NCBI GenBank assembly: GCA_964575955.1
Contig: CAZNTG010000009.1
Location: forward strand, 82,404 to 146,403
Origin: an uncultured Thermoproteaceae archaeon
Lineage (GTDB): Archaea > Thermoproteota > Thermoprotei > Thermoproteales > Thermocladiaceae
Direction of reading: 5' to 3'
Length of the DNA: 64,000 nt
Every line of letters starts with the position of its first letter. The stretch's first letter is position 1. The position numbers and the translations under genes are program-made. Shown here piece after piece: positions 20,626 to 30,311 of the stretch. The notes beneath the pieces are model-generated. The model was not told the origin of the DNA and did no database searches. It saw only the letters and a program-made list of their open reading frames with translations.

Positions 20626-21455
20626 AATATCTTCATGAGACTATTTTCAACTTCTTCAAATATATCATCTCCAATCTTTACATCTAGCCAAAATTCATCT
20701 GCAACAAGAGCTTGATAGATAAGTATTGTTAATCCATCAACTATCTTACAACCTCTCTCTCTAGCATATTCAAGCATTTTTGTAATTCTCGGTCTATAGA
20801 CCATATCTATCACAACTTTACCTGGTTTAAACACGTGTTGAGGTAGTGGTGATTCACTACTTAGAGTACCTACAGGTGTGCAGTTAATTATAACGTCAGC
20901 TTTCTCAGCATATTCAACTCTACTATCCCAATCAACAATCTCTACATCAATTCCAAATTTCTTAAAATGATTTTTCAATTCTAAACTTCTCTCTCTACTC
21001 CTATTAGCAACAATTATCTTAGAAACTTTCAACTTATTGAATATGTATACTGCAGCTCTAGCAGCACCACCAGCACCAAGTATTAATGCTACACTTCCTG
21101 AAATATCAATACCATACCTCTTCAAAGCTCTCTCAATACCATAAATATCTGTATTATGACCAATCTTAACACCATTATCAATCTTTATAGTATTTATAGC
21201 ACCTACCTGTAAAGCTTCTTCTGTAAATTTATCAATATATTTTAAAATTCTCACCTTATATGGTATTGTGACATTTAAACCACTATACTTCTCAAATACT
21301 TTCAAAATTTCAATATCAAAAACATCTTCAGAAATATCAATAACATCATACTTAGCATCTACATTTAACAGTCTAAATACAGTATTATGAATATGTGGTG
21401 ATAATGTATAGCTAATTCTACATCCAACAAGACCGTAGAGTCTCATATTTAACAA
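20622..21455 (-). CDS. aroE: Shikimate dehydrogenase
   Basis: TLSPHIH, NVTIPYK, GAINT, GHNTD, GAGGAARA, DMVY.P. Confidence 0.96.
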   Translation of the reverse strand: MLNMRLYGLVGCRISYTLSPHIHNTVFRLLNVDAKYDVIDISEDVFDIEILKVFEKYSGLNVTIPYKVRILKYIDKFTEEALQVGAINTIKIDNGVKIGHNTDIYGIERALKRYGIDISGSVALILGAGGAARAAVYIFNKLKVSKIIVANRSRERSLELKNHFKKFGIDVEIVDWDSRVEYAEKADVIINCTPVGTLSSESPLPQHVFKPGKVVIDMVYRPRITKMLEYARERGCKIVDGLTILIYQALVADEFWLDVKIGDDIFEEVENSLMKIL

Positions 21456-22522
21456 TCTTCAATACACTTTACAGCTTCATCAACATTATCACTCTTTTCA
21501 ATACATTCAGAGAGTTTTAACATATTATCAATTACTAATCTTCTAACATCTCTAGAATATATATTGTATACCTGAATCTCTACTACAGCTCTAATAACCT
21601 CTCTCAACCTATCTAAAACTTTCAAAGTCATTCTAAGACTTTTAGTACATATCTTCCTAATATCAATATTGAATATTTTAGAATATTTTTCTAAACTTTT
21701 CATTAATGATAGTTGATGAAAATGGTGAAGTACCTGAACTATAGACATGTATCTATCATGTTCTTCGGGGCTCTGTAAAGTTATTACATGTAGACCCATA
21801 TCTGAGAATAATTCTCTAATCTTGAGATATGTATCATCTTTACAGGTACTTCCTTTAATAATTATCATATTTTCACCAAGTACAAACATTGTTGGTCCAA
21901 ATAGTGGGTGTATACTTATATATTGTAGATTTCTAATTTTACATTCATTATCTATCTTATAGAATGTTGGAACTTTTACAGATAGTACATCCATAATTAT
22001 TGTATCTCTATCGACTTTATCTAATATTTTTGAGAAGTTTTCTGAATTAAAATATTCTGGTCTTGTAGCAAATATTACTATATCTGATCTTGGTATTTCT
22101 ATATCTTCTTGAGCTAGTCTCCTAGCTGAGTATATGCTTGATTCTATTCCAAATGTTGAGAATAGTGTATACATTGTTCTTCCCATACCACCTGCACCAA
22201 TTATGACAACTCTAATCCTGTCCTTCCACTTCTCTTCAACTGCTTTAGATACTTGCATCATTATTGCATAGTTTATTAGTGAGTCTACTATTGGTTCAAT
22301 AACTTCTTTTGGAAGGTCTAATTGTGAAGATTTTTCAATCCATCTTCTTCTAACAATGTCCTCTCTATCTCTATCAACTATCGGTATTCCTCTTCTTATT
22401 TTTATTTTTGCAATTTCTCTAGCTAGTTCAGCTCTTCTCTTAATTAAGTTTAGTATTTGTTCATCTATTTTGTCTATTTCTTCTCTAATTTTTGATATCT
22501 CTTGAACTATCTCTTCTCCCAT
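21449..22522 (-). CDS. Chorismate mutase (AroQ)-prephenate dehydrogenase fusion
   Basis: N-terminal REEIDKID..L..R..LA..I..K...DRDRE; GAGGMG, DVLSVK, HPLFGP, EEHDRYM..VQVLHH. Confidence 0.9.
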   Translation of the reverse strand: MGEEIVQEISKIREEIDKIDEQILNLIKRRAELAREIAKIKIRRGIPIVDRDREDIVRRRWIEKSSQLDLPKEVIEPIVDSLINYAIMMQVSKAVEEKWKDRIRVVIIGAGGMGRTMYTLFSTFGIESSIYSARRLAQEDIEIPRSDIVIFATRPEYFNSENFSKILDKVDRDTIIMDVLSVKVPTFYKIDNECKIRNLQYISIHPLFGPTMFVLGENMIIIKGSTCKDDTYLKIRELFSDMGLHVITLQSPEEHDRYMSIVQVLHHFHQLSLMKSLEKYSKIFNIDIRKICTKSLRMTLKVLDRLREVIRAVVEIQVYNIYSRDVRRLVIDNMLKLSECIEKSDNVDEAVKCIEDC

Positions 22523-23880
22523 TGCCTTATTAGTTCTTCATGAAATCTATACATAACTGTTGCCCCCTTGTCTGATGGTACTGCTACTGTGAATGCATTT
22601 CTCATAAATAATGTGCTTAGTATTGGTACGTCTTTTAGATGTGACATGTATGGACTTATTAGTGATGGATCTCCAGCACCATGACCTATAACTGATACTA
22701 GTGCTATATCTTTGTAGAATTTTGCCTCATCTATAAGTCTTTTAGATTGTAATGTTGATAGTAGTTTTACTACATGATCTATAACACTACTCTTAACGAT
22801 CATGTATAGTTGTGATTCATAGTCTGAATATGTCATATATCTAACATCTTCAATTCCAAGTTTTGACAATCCTATAGATAGTTCCATTAAAAAGTCGTGT
22901 AGTGTATCTTCAGGTACTTTAGCTTGTACAAGTACGTCTCCTGTAGTCATTGCTGATAATTTTATTGGTGGTTCTCGAACATCTTTCTGTATTATAGTCT
23001 TTTCTTGAGCTCCTATTGATGTTATCACAGTCTTGATGTTAGTATTCTTAACAGGTTCGAAAGTTCTTGGATGTAGTCTCTTAGCTCCAAGTTGTGCACT
23101 CATTATAGCTTCACTATAGCTAAGTTCAGGAACTACTCTAGGATTTTTAACGTACTTTGGATCTCCAGTCATTATTCCAGGAACGTCTGTATATAGTATA
23201 ACCTGTTCTGCATCTACTAGATATGCTAGTAGTGTTGCAGTATAGTCACTACCACCTCTTCCAAGTGTTGTTATTTTACCATCTATAGTTCCTGCAATAA
23301 ATCCTGTAACTATTGGAGTTATACCATTCTTCAAGTATCTTAGAAGATTTTCTTGTACAAGTTTTCTAGAAATTTCATATATTGGCTTAGCTTCACCATA
23401 CCTCTCATTAGTTACAATACCAGCCTCTCTACCAGTCATATGTACACACTCAACACCAATTTTCGTTAATGCTGCCCACATTATGATAACGCTCAACCTC
23501 TCTCCAAATGATAATACTAGATCTCTAATTCTTGCAGATGTTTCCTTTAGAACATTTATAGCTTCAACAGTTCTATAAAGCTCTTCTAGTAGTGAATTAA
23601 TCTTCGCAATAACCTCCTTCTCAAGTGTTGATGATAGTCCAAGTTCTCTAACAATCTTCTCATGAAGTTCACGAATCTGTAATACTCTATCTTGCCACCT
23701 ATCTACAGGTCTTGACAATACTTCTAACATATCTGTAACACCTTTAACAGCAGAAACAACAACAATAACTTCAAGACCTGACTCTATAAGTCTACAAATT
23801 TCACGAGCAATTCTAACAAAATCACTACCCTCCCTAAGTAATGATCCACCAAACTTAACAACAACACGCATTAGCCACAA
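22507..23880 (-). CDS. lysC: Aspartate kinase with ACT domains
   Basis: VVKFGGS, SFGERLS, TLGRGGSDYTA, TDVPGI.T.DP. Confidence 0.93.
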   Translation of the reverse strand: MWLMRVVVKFGGSLLREGSDFVRIAREICRLIESGLEVIVVVSAVKGVTDMLEVLSRPVDRWQDRVLQIRELHEKIVRELGLSSTLEKEVIAKINSLLEELYRTVEAINVLKETSARIRDLVLSFGERLSVIIMWAALTKIGVECVHMTGREAGIVTNERYGEAKPIYEISRKLVQENLLRYLKNGITPIVTGFIAGTIDGKITTLGRGGSDYTATLLAYLVDAEQVILYTDVPGIMTGDPKYVKNPRVVPELSYSEAIMSAQLGAKRLHPRTFEPVKNTNIKTVITSIGAQEKTIIQKDVREPPIKLSAMTTGDVLVQAKVPEDTLHDFLMELSIGLSKLGIEDVRYMTYSDYESQLYMIVKSSVIDHVVKLLSTLQSKRLIDEAKFYKDIALVSVIGHGAGDPSLISPYMSHLKDVPILSTLFMRNAFTVAVPSDKGATVMYRFHEELIRQWEKR

Positions 23881-23921
23881 ATAACAGAAAAACCCATTAA
23901 AAACATTAAACCTACAAAACA

Positions 23922-23935
23922 GAAACCCTTAAAAA
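23922..23935 (+). promoter_or_regulatory. BRE/TATA element of the tRNA-His gene
   Basis: gaaacc-cttaaaaa about 30 nt upstream of the tRNA 5' end. Confidence 0.45.
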
Positions 23936-23962
23936 CACTACACAAGACAGAGAGAATAGCAA

Positions 23963-24065
23963 GGCCGGGGTAGTGTAGCCTGGGAAGCATGCGGGCCTGT
24001 ACCAGGCCCCTTCGGGGCCGGGGGTAAGGAGCCCGTGGACCCGGGTTCAAATCCCGGCCCCGGCC
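23963..24065 (+). tRNA. tRNA-His(GTG) with encoded G-1 and a 27-nt intron (24001-24027) between anticodon positions 35/36
   Basis: Acceptor GCCGGGG/CCCCGGC with G-1:C73 (His identity); T arm CCGGG-TTCAAAT-CCCGG; anticodon stem CGGGC/GCCCG; removing 24001-24027 gives loop CT-GTG-GA. Confidence 0.88.
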
Positions 24066-24071
24066 AATCTC

Positions 24072-25013
24072 CTAGTAATACCATGTTAGTCTATATTCAT
24101 GCTCTGTGAGGTATGTTCCAACCATATGTGCATTACATACACTCTTTAAATCACATATTTCACATCTAGGATTTTCATATGTACATACTTTTCTACCATG
24201 ATTCCAGAGATAGTCATCTAGAATTGTAACATCTTTACCACATATTTTGGATACTTCTTTCCATGCTTTTCTAATAGTTAATCTAATTTCAACATCTAGA
24301 TTGTATGAAACTTCAACTCTATCCTGTATATATTTTATAATTTTTTCATCAAGATTTACAATTCCAAGTCTTATTGCAATTCTTGTTAGATGATTATCTA
24401 CAGGTATTTCAATATTTTCAAAATCTTTAATATTTACTAGCTTTCTTCTATGTAAAAATTTTAGTAGTAGGAATATCTTCTTCTCTACAGGATCTTCATA
24501 TGCTCTATATATTTTTAATAATTCTGCAATCCCTCTACTTCCTCTAATATATCCATTAGATTCTTTAAATATGTTACTAAATTTTCCATTATAGAGTATG
24601 TATGTTTTCTTACCTAAATCTCTTAGTAGTATTGTTCTAATATTGATATCCCATAATTCTACCATATCGTTTGGACATAGCCATCTTCTAACTATACTAA
24701 CGTCAACATCTTTCAATTTTTCAGGTGTGAAGAATTTTGGATCTTTATCATACATTTCCTTACCTAATCTCCATAGTAGATCTGCACCTTCAAAATATTC
24801 TTCACTAATTTTCAATCTATATTTTGTAAACATGCTTGTTCTATGGTCTATAGATACCATAGTTGTGAAGTATGATATTACCAATTCATAATCATCCTTT
24901 TCAGATGGGTAGTATCTAGGGTCTAGAAAGTTGTCAGGAGCTATCTCTAATCTCTTAAAGACATCTCCAACTCTGACTATCTGTTCCTGATTTATCCAGA
25001 TCATGATGTTCAT
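24072..25013 (-). CDS. HhH-GPD/Endo III-fold glycosylase-like protein with C-terminal 4Fe-4S loop
   Basis: PVDNHL.R...RLG, LDDYLW, C-X6-C-X2-C-X5-C. Confidence 0.7.
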   Translation of the reverse strand: MNIMIWINQEQIVRVGDVFKRLEIAPDNFLDPRYYPSEKDDYELVISYFTTMVSIDHRTSMFTKYRLKISEEYFEGADLLWRLGKEMYDKDPKFFTPEKLKDVDVSIVRRWLCPNDMVELWDINIRTILLRDLGKKTYILYNGKFSNIFKESNGYIRGSRGIAELLKIYRAYEDPVEKKIFLLLKFLHRRKLVNIKDFENIEIPVDNHLTRIAIRLGIVNLDEKIIKYIQDRVEVSYNLDVEIRLTIRKAWKEVSKICGKDVTILDDYLWNHGRKVCTYENPRCEICDLKSVCNAHMVGTYLTEHEYRLTWYY

Positions 25014-25073
25014 ATTGCTTTTTAGGTAATCTATTTAAAATTTAGACGACACATGTCTTAGCTAAGTGGAATT

Positions 25074-25655
25074 ATGGCTTCTGAAGTTGTTCGAAAGCTT
25101 GTAGAAGGTGTAGTTAGTAAACTTACTGAAGAATTAAATTCTTGGAGAGAGAATATTAGACTTAGAGCTGAAACTGAGCTTTATGAAGCTGCAAAATCTG
25201 TAATTGATAAATATGCATCAGCAATTGATGAGCTTGAGAAGGAGATTAGACTAGAGAGAGAGTTTAGACTCTACAACACGATGATGGAGATTGAGAGAAG
25301 AAGGTTAGAATTCATTGAGAATTTTGTAAATAAGGTTATTGATACTGTAATTGAGAGAGTGAAGCAGTTGAAAGGTACTGAGAGATATAGAGAATACATG
25401 AAGGCTTGTCTAAACACGGCAAGATACTACATAGGTTCTGACGAGCTTGTAGTTAAGTGTAGTCAAAGTGATAGAGAACTTGTTGAGATATTAGCATCAG
25501 AATTAAAGCTTAAACTTGTAATTGAGACAGTTCCAGAAGAGTTATATGGTATTAGAGCAGCCTCAATAGATGGTAAAGTTGCACTAGACTTAACATTAAG
25601 TACTAGATTAAACTTATTAAGGGAGAAGATTAAAGGATTAGCAGTAAGGGGATAA
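25074..25655 (+). CDS. atpE: A/V-type ATP synthase subunit E
   Basis: Coiled-coil N-terminus, GI...S.DG....D.T C-terminus; directly upstream of atpA. Confidence 0.8.
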   Translation: MASEVVRKLVEGVVSKLTEELNSWRENIRLRAETELYEAAKSVIDKYASAIDELEKEIRLEREFRLYNTMMEIERRRLEFIENFVNKVIDTVIERVKQLKGTERYREYMKACLNTARYYIGSDELVVKCSQSDRELVEILASELKLKLVIETVPEELYGIRAASIDGKVALDLTLSTRLNLLREKIKGLAVRG

Positions 25656-25658
25656 ATT

Positions 25659-27458
25659 ATGGCAGAGCAGAAGGGTAAGATAATCTGGATTAGTGGTCCT
25701 GTAGTAAAAGCTGAACTTCCTGGAGCTAAGATGTATGAGCTAGTCTTCGTTGGTGAACTTGGCCTATTTGGAGAAGTTGTCAGAATTCAGGGTGATATAG
25801 CATTCATACAGGTATATGAAGACACGACAGGAATTAAGCCAGGAGAGCCTGTAGTAAGATCAGGAGAGCCACTATGTGCATGGCTTGGACCTGGAATACT
25901 TGGAACAGTGTATGATGGAGTTCAAAGACCTCTAAAATTGATATATGAGACTACTGGAAGCCCATTCATAGCTAGAGGTATTGGATATGATAAAGCACCA
26001 CCACTAGACTTTAAGAAGAAGTGGCACTTCGTACCAAAGGTAAAGCAGGGTGATGAAGTACAGCCTGGAGATATTCTAGGTGTTGTACAGGAAACACCAC
26101 TGGTAGAGCATAGAATAATGTATCCACCACTACCAGAGAATAAGCCTGGAAAGGTCAAGTATATAGCACCTGAAGGAGACTACACAATAGATGAGGTAAT
26201 TGCAGAGATTGAGACCAAGGAAGGAGTTGTCAAGGTTAAGATGTGGCATAAATGGCCTGTTAGAAAGCCAAGACCATTCGTAGAGAAGTTACCACCAGTA
26301 GAGCCATTCTTAACAAACATCAGAATACTAGACACACTATTCCCAATAGCTAAAGGAGGAACAGCATGTGTGCCAGGACCATTCGGAACAGGTAAGACAG
26401 TGACGATACAGAGCTTAATGAAGTACTCAGCAGCAAGAATATGCTTCCCAGTACTATGTGGTGAACGTGGTAATGAGGCTGCAGATTCACTACACAGTCT
26501 ACTAAAATTGACAGATCCAGATACTGGAAGACCATTGATGGAGCGTACAGCAATTATTGTAAATACATCAAACATGCCTGTAGCAGCTAGAGAAGCATCA
26601 ATATACATGGGAATCACAATATCAGAATACTACAGAGATATGGGATATGACGTACTACTACTAGCAGACTCAACAAGCAGATGGGCAGAAGCTATGAGAG
26701 AGGTAGCACTTAGAATTGGTGAGATGCCATCAGAAGAAGGATTTCCAGCATACTTACCAACAAGAATTGCAGAATTCTATGAGAGAGCTGGAAGATGTGT
26801 ACTACTAGGCAAGGAAGGTAGAATAGGATCAGTAACAATTGCTGCATCAGTATCACCACCAGGAGGAGACTTCACAGAACCAGTAACAAGCAACACAATA
26901 AGATTCGTATCATGCTTCTGGCCACTATCAGCAAGAATTGCAGCACAGAGACACTACCCAGCATTCGACTGGTTAGCAGGATTCTCAAAGTATGTAGACA
27001 CAGTACAGGACTGGTGGCATAAGAATATTGGACCTGACTGGAGACAGCTTAGAGATCAGATGATGGAGTTGCTAGTTAAAGAGGCTGAATTGATGGAGAT
27101 TGTGAGAATCCTAGGTACAGAAGCATTAAGTGAGTATGAGAGACATATACTAAACACAGCATACATGATTAGAGAAGGATTCCTAAAGCAGGACGCATTC
27201 CACCCAATAGACTGCAGATCACCACCACCAAAGACATACATGTTGATGAAGATAATAATTGACGTATATTGGAGAAAGGGATTAGAAGCAATTAAGCGTG
27301 GAGTACCTGCACAGGCAATTAGAGAGTTAGAACTATCTAGAAGATTACCAAGACTTAGAATGGAGGTTACAGAGAAAGAGCTAGATAAATTGAAGGAGTT
27401 CTATGAACAGCTAAGTGCAGAGATTGATAAATTGATAGAGCAGTACGCTAAGAAGTAA
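25659..27458 (+). CDS. atpA: A/V-type ATP synthase subunit A
   Basis: GPFGTGKT, CGERGNE, NTSNMPVAAREAS, DSTSRWAEA, SPPGGDFTEPVT; no intein. Confidence 0.98.
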   Translation: MAEQKGKIIWISGPVVKAELPGAKMYELVFVGELGLFGEVVRIQGDIAFIQVYEDTTGIKPGEPVVRSGEPLCAWLGPGILGTVYDGVQRPLKLIYETTGSPFIARGIGYDKAPPLDFKKKWHFVPKVKQGDEVQPGDILGVVQETPLVEHRIMYPPLPENKPGKVKYIAPEGDYTIDEVIAEIETKEGVVKVKMWHKWPVRKPRPFVEKLPPVEPFLTNIRILDTLFPIAKGGTACVPGPFGTGKTVTIQSLMKYSAARICFPVLCGERGNEAADSLHSLLKLTDPDTGRPLMERTAIIVNTSNMPVAAREASIYMGITISEYYRDMGYDVLLLADSTSRWAEAMREVALRIGEMPSEEGFPAYLPTRIAEFYERAGRCVLLGKEGRIGSVTIAASVSPPGGDFTEPVTSNTIRFVSCFWPLSARIAAQRHYPAFDWLAGFSKYVDTVQDWWHKNIGPDWRQLRDQMMELLVKEAELMEIVRILGTEALSEYERHILNTAYMIREGFLKQDAFHPIDCRSPPPKTYMLMKIIIDVYWRKGLEAIKRGVPAQAIRELELSRRLPRLRMEVTEKELDKLKEFYEQLSAEIDKLIEQYAKK

Positions 27459-28776
27459 GAGTCTTTAAAAACTTTACAAAATCATCAATATTCCTAGATA
27501 TATACTCAACAATAGCTTTACGAATAACATCTCTAGAAATATTTCTCATAAATATCTTACTAACCATAGCCTCTATAATACTTATAGTATCATTTTCCTC
27601 AAACATTCTGTAAGTACTATACTTCTTACAGATCTCAACAAGCTTATCTATAAGTGGTTCTATTTTATCAATATTAAAACCGACATCATCAATAACTTCA
27701 ATATTTTGATCTCTTAACCTATCTTTAATATTTTCAGGTACTCTACATCTAGATACTACAAACATAATATCAGGCTTATATACAGATCTATACAACATCA
27801 CTATCTGCTCATCTTTAAGTTTAATACTCTTCTTCTCTTCAATCATAGTATCAACCTTCTTAACTTCAATACCTAGAATATCTGCAAGTCCCTGTCTAAG
27901 ACCAACCAACCACTTACTTCTCCATTCTTCAGCTGATAGTGGTTTTGCTAATGGTCCTCTAATATATCTAACACGTGTATACCAATCTGGAAGTTCCTTA
28001 CATTCAATTATCACGTGTGGTCTAACTATTGGAGGACTTCTCTCTAAATCAACAATATTAAATATAGCATCACCATACACAAGCATGTCTGGTCTAAGTG
28101 CTGTATATAGACTCCATATTCTCGATAGATCTTGAGTATCTTCCCAAGATATTGGTCTAGGAGCTTCAATGAAGAAGCTAATACTAGTAAAACCACATCT
28201 CAAGACTGCGTTTGGTGGAATATATCCAAGCTTTTGCTTACTATGTCTCTCAAGTGATAATACACCAAGCTCAGGATATACCAGTCTAAAACCTCTTTCA
28301 TGAAGTTTTAACAATATTGCTAAGAATACCCAATCCTGATATATAGTCCTCATATTTGTCCTAAGTGACGTCATTATGGCAGGATAAGCCTTCTCAGCAA
28401 ACTCTTCAAAACTTACTTTACCTCTAAGAAGATCATGAACATATAGAAATATCTTCTTCTTAAGATGATGTTTTGGATCTTTCAAAAAACTTGAAAGTTC
28501 TTTAGAAAATACAATATCTAGAAGTCCAAAAGTCTTCTTAAACTTAGAAGCTAGATTTAGTAAAATATTTCTCCACTCTTCTGCAAGCTTAATATCATCA
28601 CCACATACAACATCAACTATAGCATCTCTAAAAGATTCAAATAAAGTATGAAACTTCTCTCTAACTTCAACATTTCTAAATTTAAAAGTTCTATTTGGAT
28701 CATAAGTATCTAAAAATTTCATTAACTCATTAAAATAGTTTAATATACTCGACAACTTATCTACAACCTTACCCAC
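27448..28776 (-). CDS. Conserved hypothetical protein with putative PD-(D/E)XK nuclease motif
   Basis: IYQDW...RPDMLV...HVIIECKE. Confidence 0.55.
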   Translation of the reverse strand: MGKVVDKLSSILNYFNELMKFLDTYDPNRTFKFRNVEVREKFHTLFESFRDAIVDVVCGDDIKLAEEWRNILLNLASKFKKTFGLLDIVFSKELSSFLKDPKHHLKKKIFLYVHDLLRGKVSFEEFAEKAYPAIMTSLRTNMRTIYQDWVFLAILLKLHERGFRLVYPELGVLSLERHSKQKLGYIPPNAVLRCGFTSISFFIEAPRPISWEDTQDLSRIWSLYTALRPDMLVYGDAIFNIVDLERSPPIVRPHVIIECKELPDWYTRVRYIRGPLAKPLSAEEWRSKWLVGLRQGLADILGIEVKKVDTMIEEKKSIKLKDEQIVMLYRSVYKPDIMFVVSRCRVPENIKDRLRDQNIEVIDDVGFNIDKIEPLIDKLVEICKKYSTYRMFEENDTISIIEAMVSKIFMRNISRDVIRKAIVEYISRNIDDFVKFLKTLTS

Positions 28777-28820
28777 AGAAGAGTGAAAGTATTAAAGAAA
28801 ATAAATCTTCCTAAATATAG

Positions 28821-28869
28821 ATGATGAATACGGAGCTCAATGATAGATGATTAACTGGGGAACTACTGA
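28821..28869 (+). ncRNA. C/D-box guide sRNA (array unit 1)
   Basis: ATGATGA-atacggagctca-ATGA-tag-ATGATTA-actggggaacta-CTGA. Confidence 0.85.
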
Positions 28870-28890
28870 TCTAAAAATGTTGTATAGACA

Positions 28891-28939
28891 ATGATGAAGT
28901 TTCACTTCGCTGAATGTTGATGAAGCCTCTACTCGCTGA
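28891..28939 (+). ncRNA. C/D-box guide sRNA (array unit 2)
   Basis: ATGATGA-agtttcacttcg-CTGA-atg-TTGATGA-agcctctactcg-CTGA. Confidence 0.92.
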
Positions 28940-28956
28940 ATATTCATCATTCTATA

Positions 28957-29006
28957 ATGATGACGCCAATTTGCCTCTGAATATTGATGAAGTCACCCGA
29001 GACTGA
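28957..29006 (+). ncRNA. C/D-box guide sRNA (array unit 3)
   Basis: ATGATGA-cgccaatttgcct-CTGA-ata-TTGATGA-agtcacccgaga-CTGA. Confidence 0.92.
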
Positions 29007-29007
29007 T

Positions 29008-29589
29008 CTAGACAATACCTTTAGTACTTTGAACATGTTCAACAATTCTTGAAGCTTCATTAATAGAGATTCCAAGAGATTTAAATATAGCCTCAGTAAT
29101 ATGATGTTCATTAAAACCGTCAAGAACCTTTATATGAATAGTAGCTTTTAGATTTGTTGTGAAAGTATTTAAGAAATGTACAATATTTTCTGTAGATATA
29201 TCACCAATCTTCTCTCTTCTATACCTATAGTTGAATTTGAAGTATACTCTACTACATAAATCTACAGATGTTAGACATAGAGCATCATCCATAGGTATTA
29301 TAGACCATCCAAATCTCTTTATTCTAGATCTATCTCCAAGTGCATTATTTAGAGCATTTCCTAGACATATAGCAACATCTTCAACAATATGATGATCATC
29401 ACCACAACTCTTCAATTCTTCAGCATGAATTTCACCACTAAACTTTGCATAAAATAAGAAGGTCTCTAACATATGGTCTAGAAATCTTATTGAAGTATTA
29501 ACACTTATATGACCATGATCGTCAATGTTTAAATAAACTCTAACATATGTTTCTCTAGTCTTTCTTTCACAAAAACCTTCTCTACCCAC
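29008..29589 (-). CDS. hisB: Imidazoleglycerol-phosphate dehydratase
   Basis: RKTRET, FLDHML, DDHHIVED, PMDDA, NEHHITEAIFK. Confidence 0.96.
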   Translation of the reverse strand: MGREGFCERKTRETYVRVYLNIDDHGHISVNTSIRFLDHMLETFLFYAKFSGEIHAEELKSCGDDHHIVEDVAICLGNALNNALGDRSRIKRFGWSIIPMDDALCLTSVDLCSRVYFKFNYRYRREKIGDISTENIVHFLNTFTTNLKATIHIKVLDGFNEHHITEAIFKSLGISINEASRIVEHVQSTKGIV

Positions 29590-29591
29590 AT

Positions 29592-30311
29592 TTAGAGGTA
29601 GTTGAGGAAGTGTTCTAATCCTTTATTATACATTGCCATTCCAATAATAACACCATTAAAACCAAACTTTAATAAAAATTTAACATCTTCAACATCTCTA
29701 ACACCACCAGCATAAAATAGATTTTTAATACTTAACCTACTCTTTAATTCATTTATCAATTCAATATATGGTTTAGGTCCTGTCATAGTTCCTTCAACAT
29801 CTATAGATGTGTGTATTATATTTTCAACATCTAGATTAGACAAGTACTCAACAACATTTCTAACATCTAAAACTTCTAACCATCCTGATATTGCTAATCT
29901 ACCACCTTTAACATCAATAGATATGAATATTCTATCTTTACCACATTTTGAAAATATTTTTTTAGTTTCATTTAAATCTTTAAATACTATGGAACCTAGA
30001 ACTATATCACAATCATTTTCTACATATTTTAATGCATCTTCTAGTTTTCTAATACCGCCACCAACCTCTACCCTTATTCCATATTCTCTACATATATTAA
30101 CTATCTTAATTATAGTTTCAAAGTTTATAGGTTTTCCAAATTTTGCTCCATCTAGATCTACAATATGTATTCTCTTAACTTTATCTGAGAATTTTAATAT
30201 ATTTTCAAGAACTTTCATAGGATCCTCCTTCACAATTTCAGAACCTTCAACACCTCTAATTCTCTTAACAGCTAAACCTCTAGATATGTCTATGCTAGGT
30301 ATTATAACCAT
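29592..30311 (-). CDS. hisA: ProFAR isomerase
   Basis: IIPSIDI..G.AV, HIVDLDGA, VGGGIR, EGTMTG, YAGGV. Confidence 0.93.
   Translation of the reverse strand: MVIIPSIDISRGLAVKRIRGVEGSEIVKEDPMKVLENILKFSDKVKRIHIVDLDGAKFGKPINFETIIKIVNICREYGIRVEVGGGIRKLEDALKYVENDCDIVLGSIVFKDLNETKKIFSKCGKDRIFISIDVKGGRLAISGWLEVLDVRNVVEYLSNLDVENIIHTSIDVEGTMTGPKPYIELINELKSRLSIKNLFYAGGVRDVEDVKFLLKFGFNGVIIGMAMYNKGLEHFLNYL

Noticed and set aside
23998-24002. tRNA-Tyr(GTA) with a canonical 37/38 intron
   Set aside because: It would need C37 and conflicts with the G-1:C73 His identity. The bulge-helix motif fits a 35/36 cut that gives GTG.
16543-27458. Inteins in RadA or AtpA
   Set aside because: Both proteins are normal length with contiguous P-loop regions.
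28821-29006. Mini CRISPR array (recurring TGATGA/CTGA units)
   Set aside because: The repeats are 4-7 nt boxes with ~12-nt spacers, which is C/D sRNA architecture, not 24-40 nt direct repeats.
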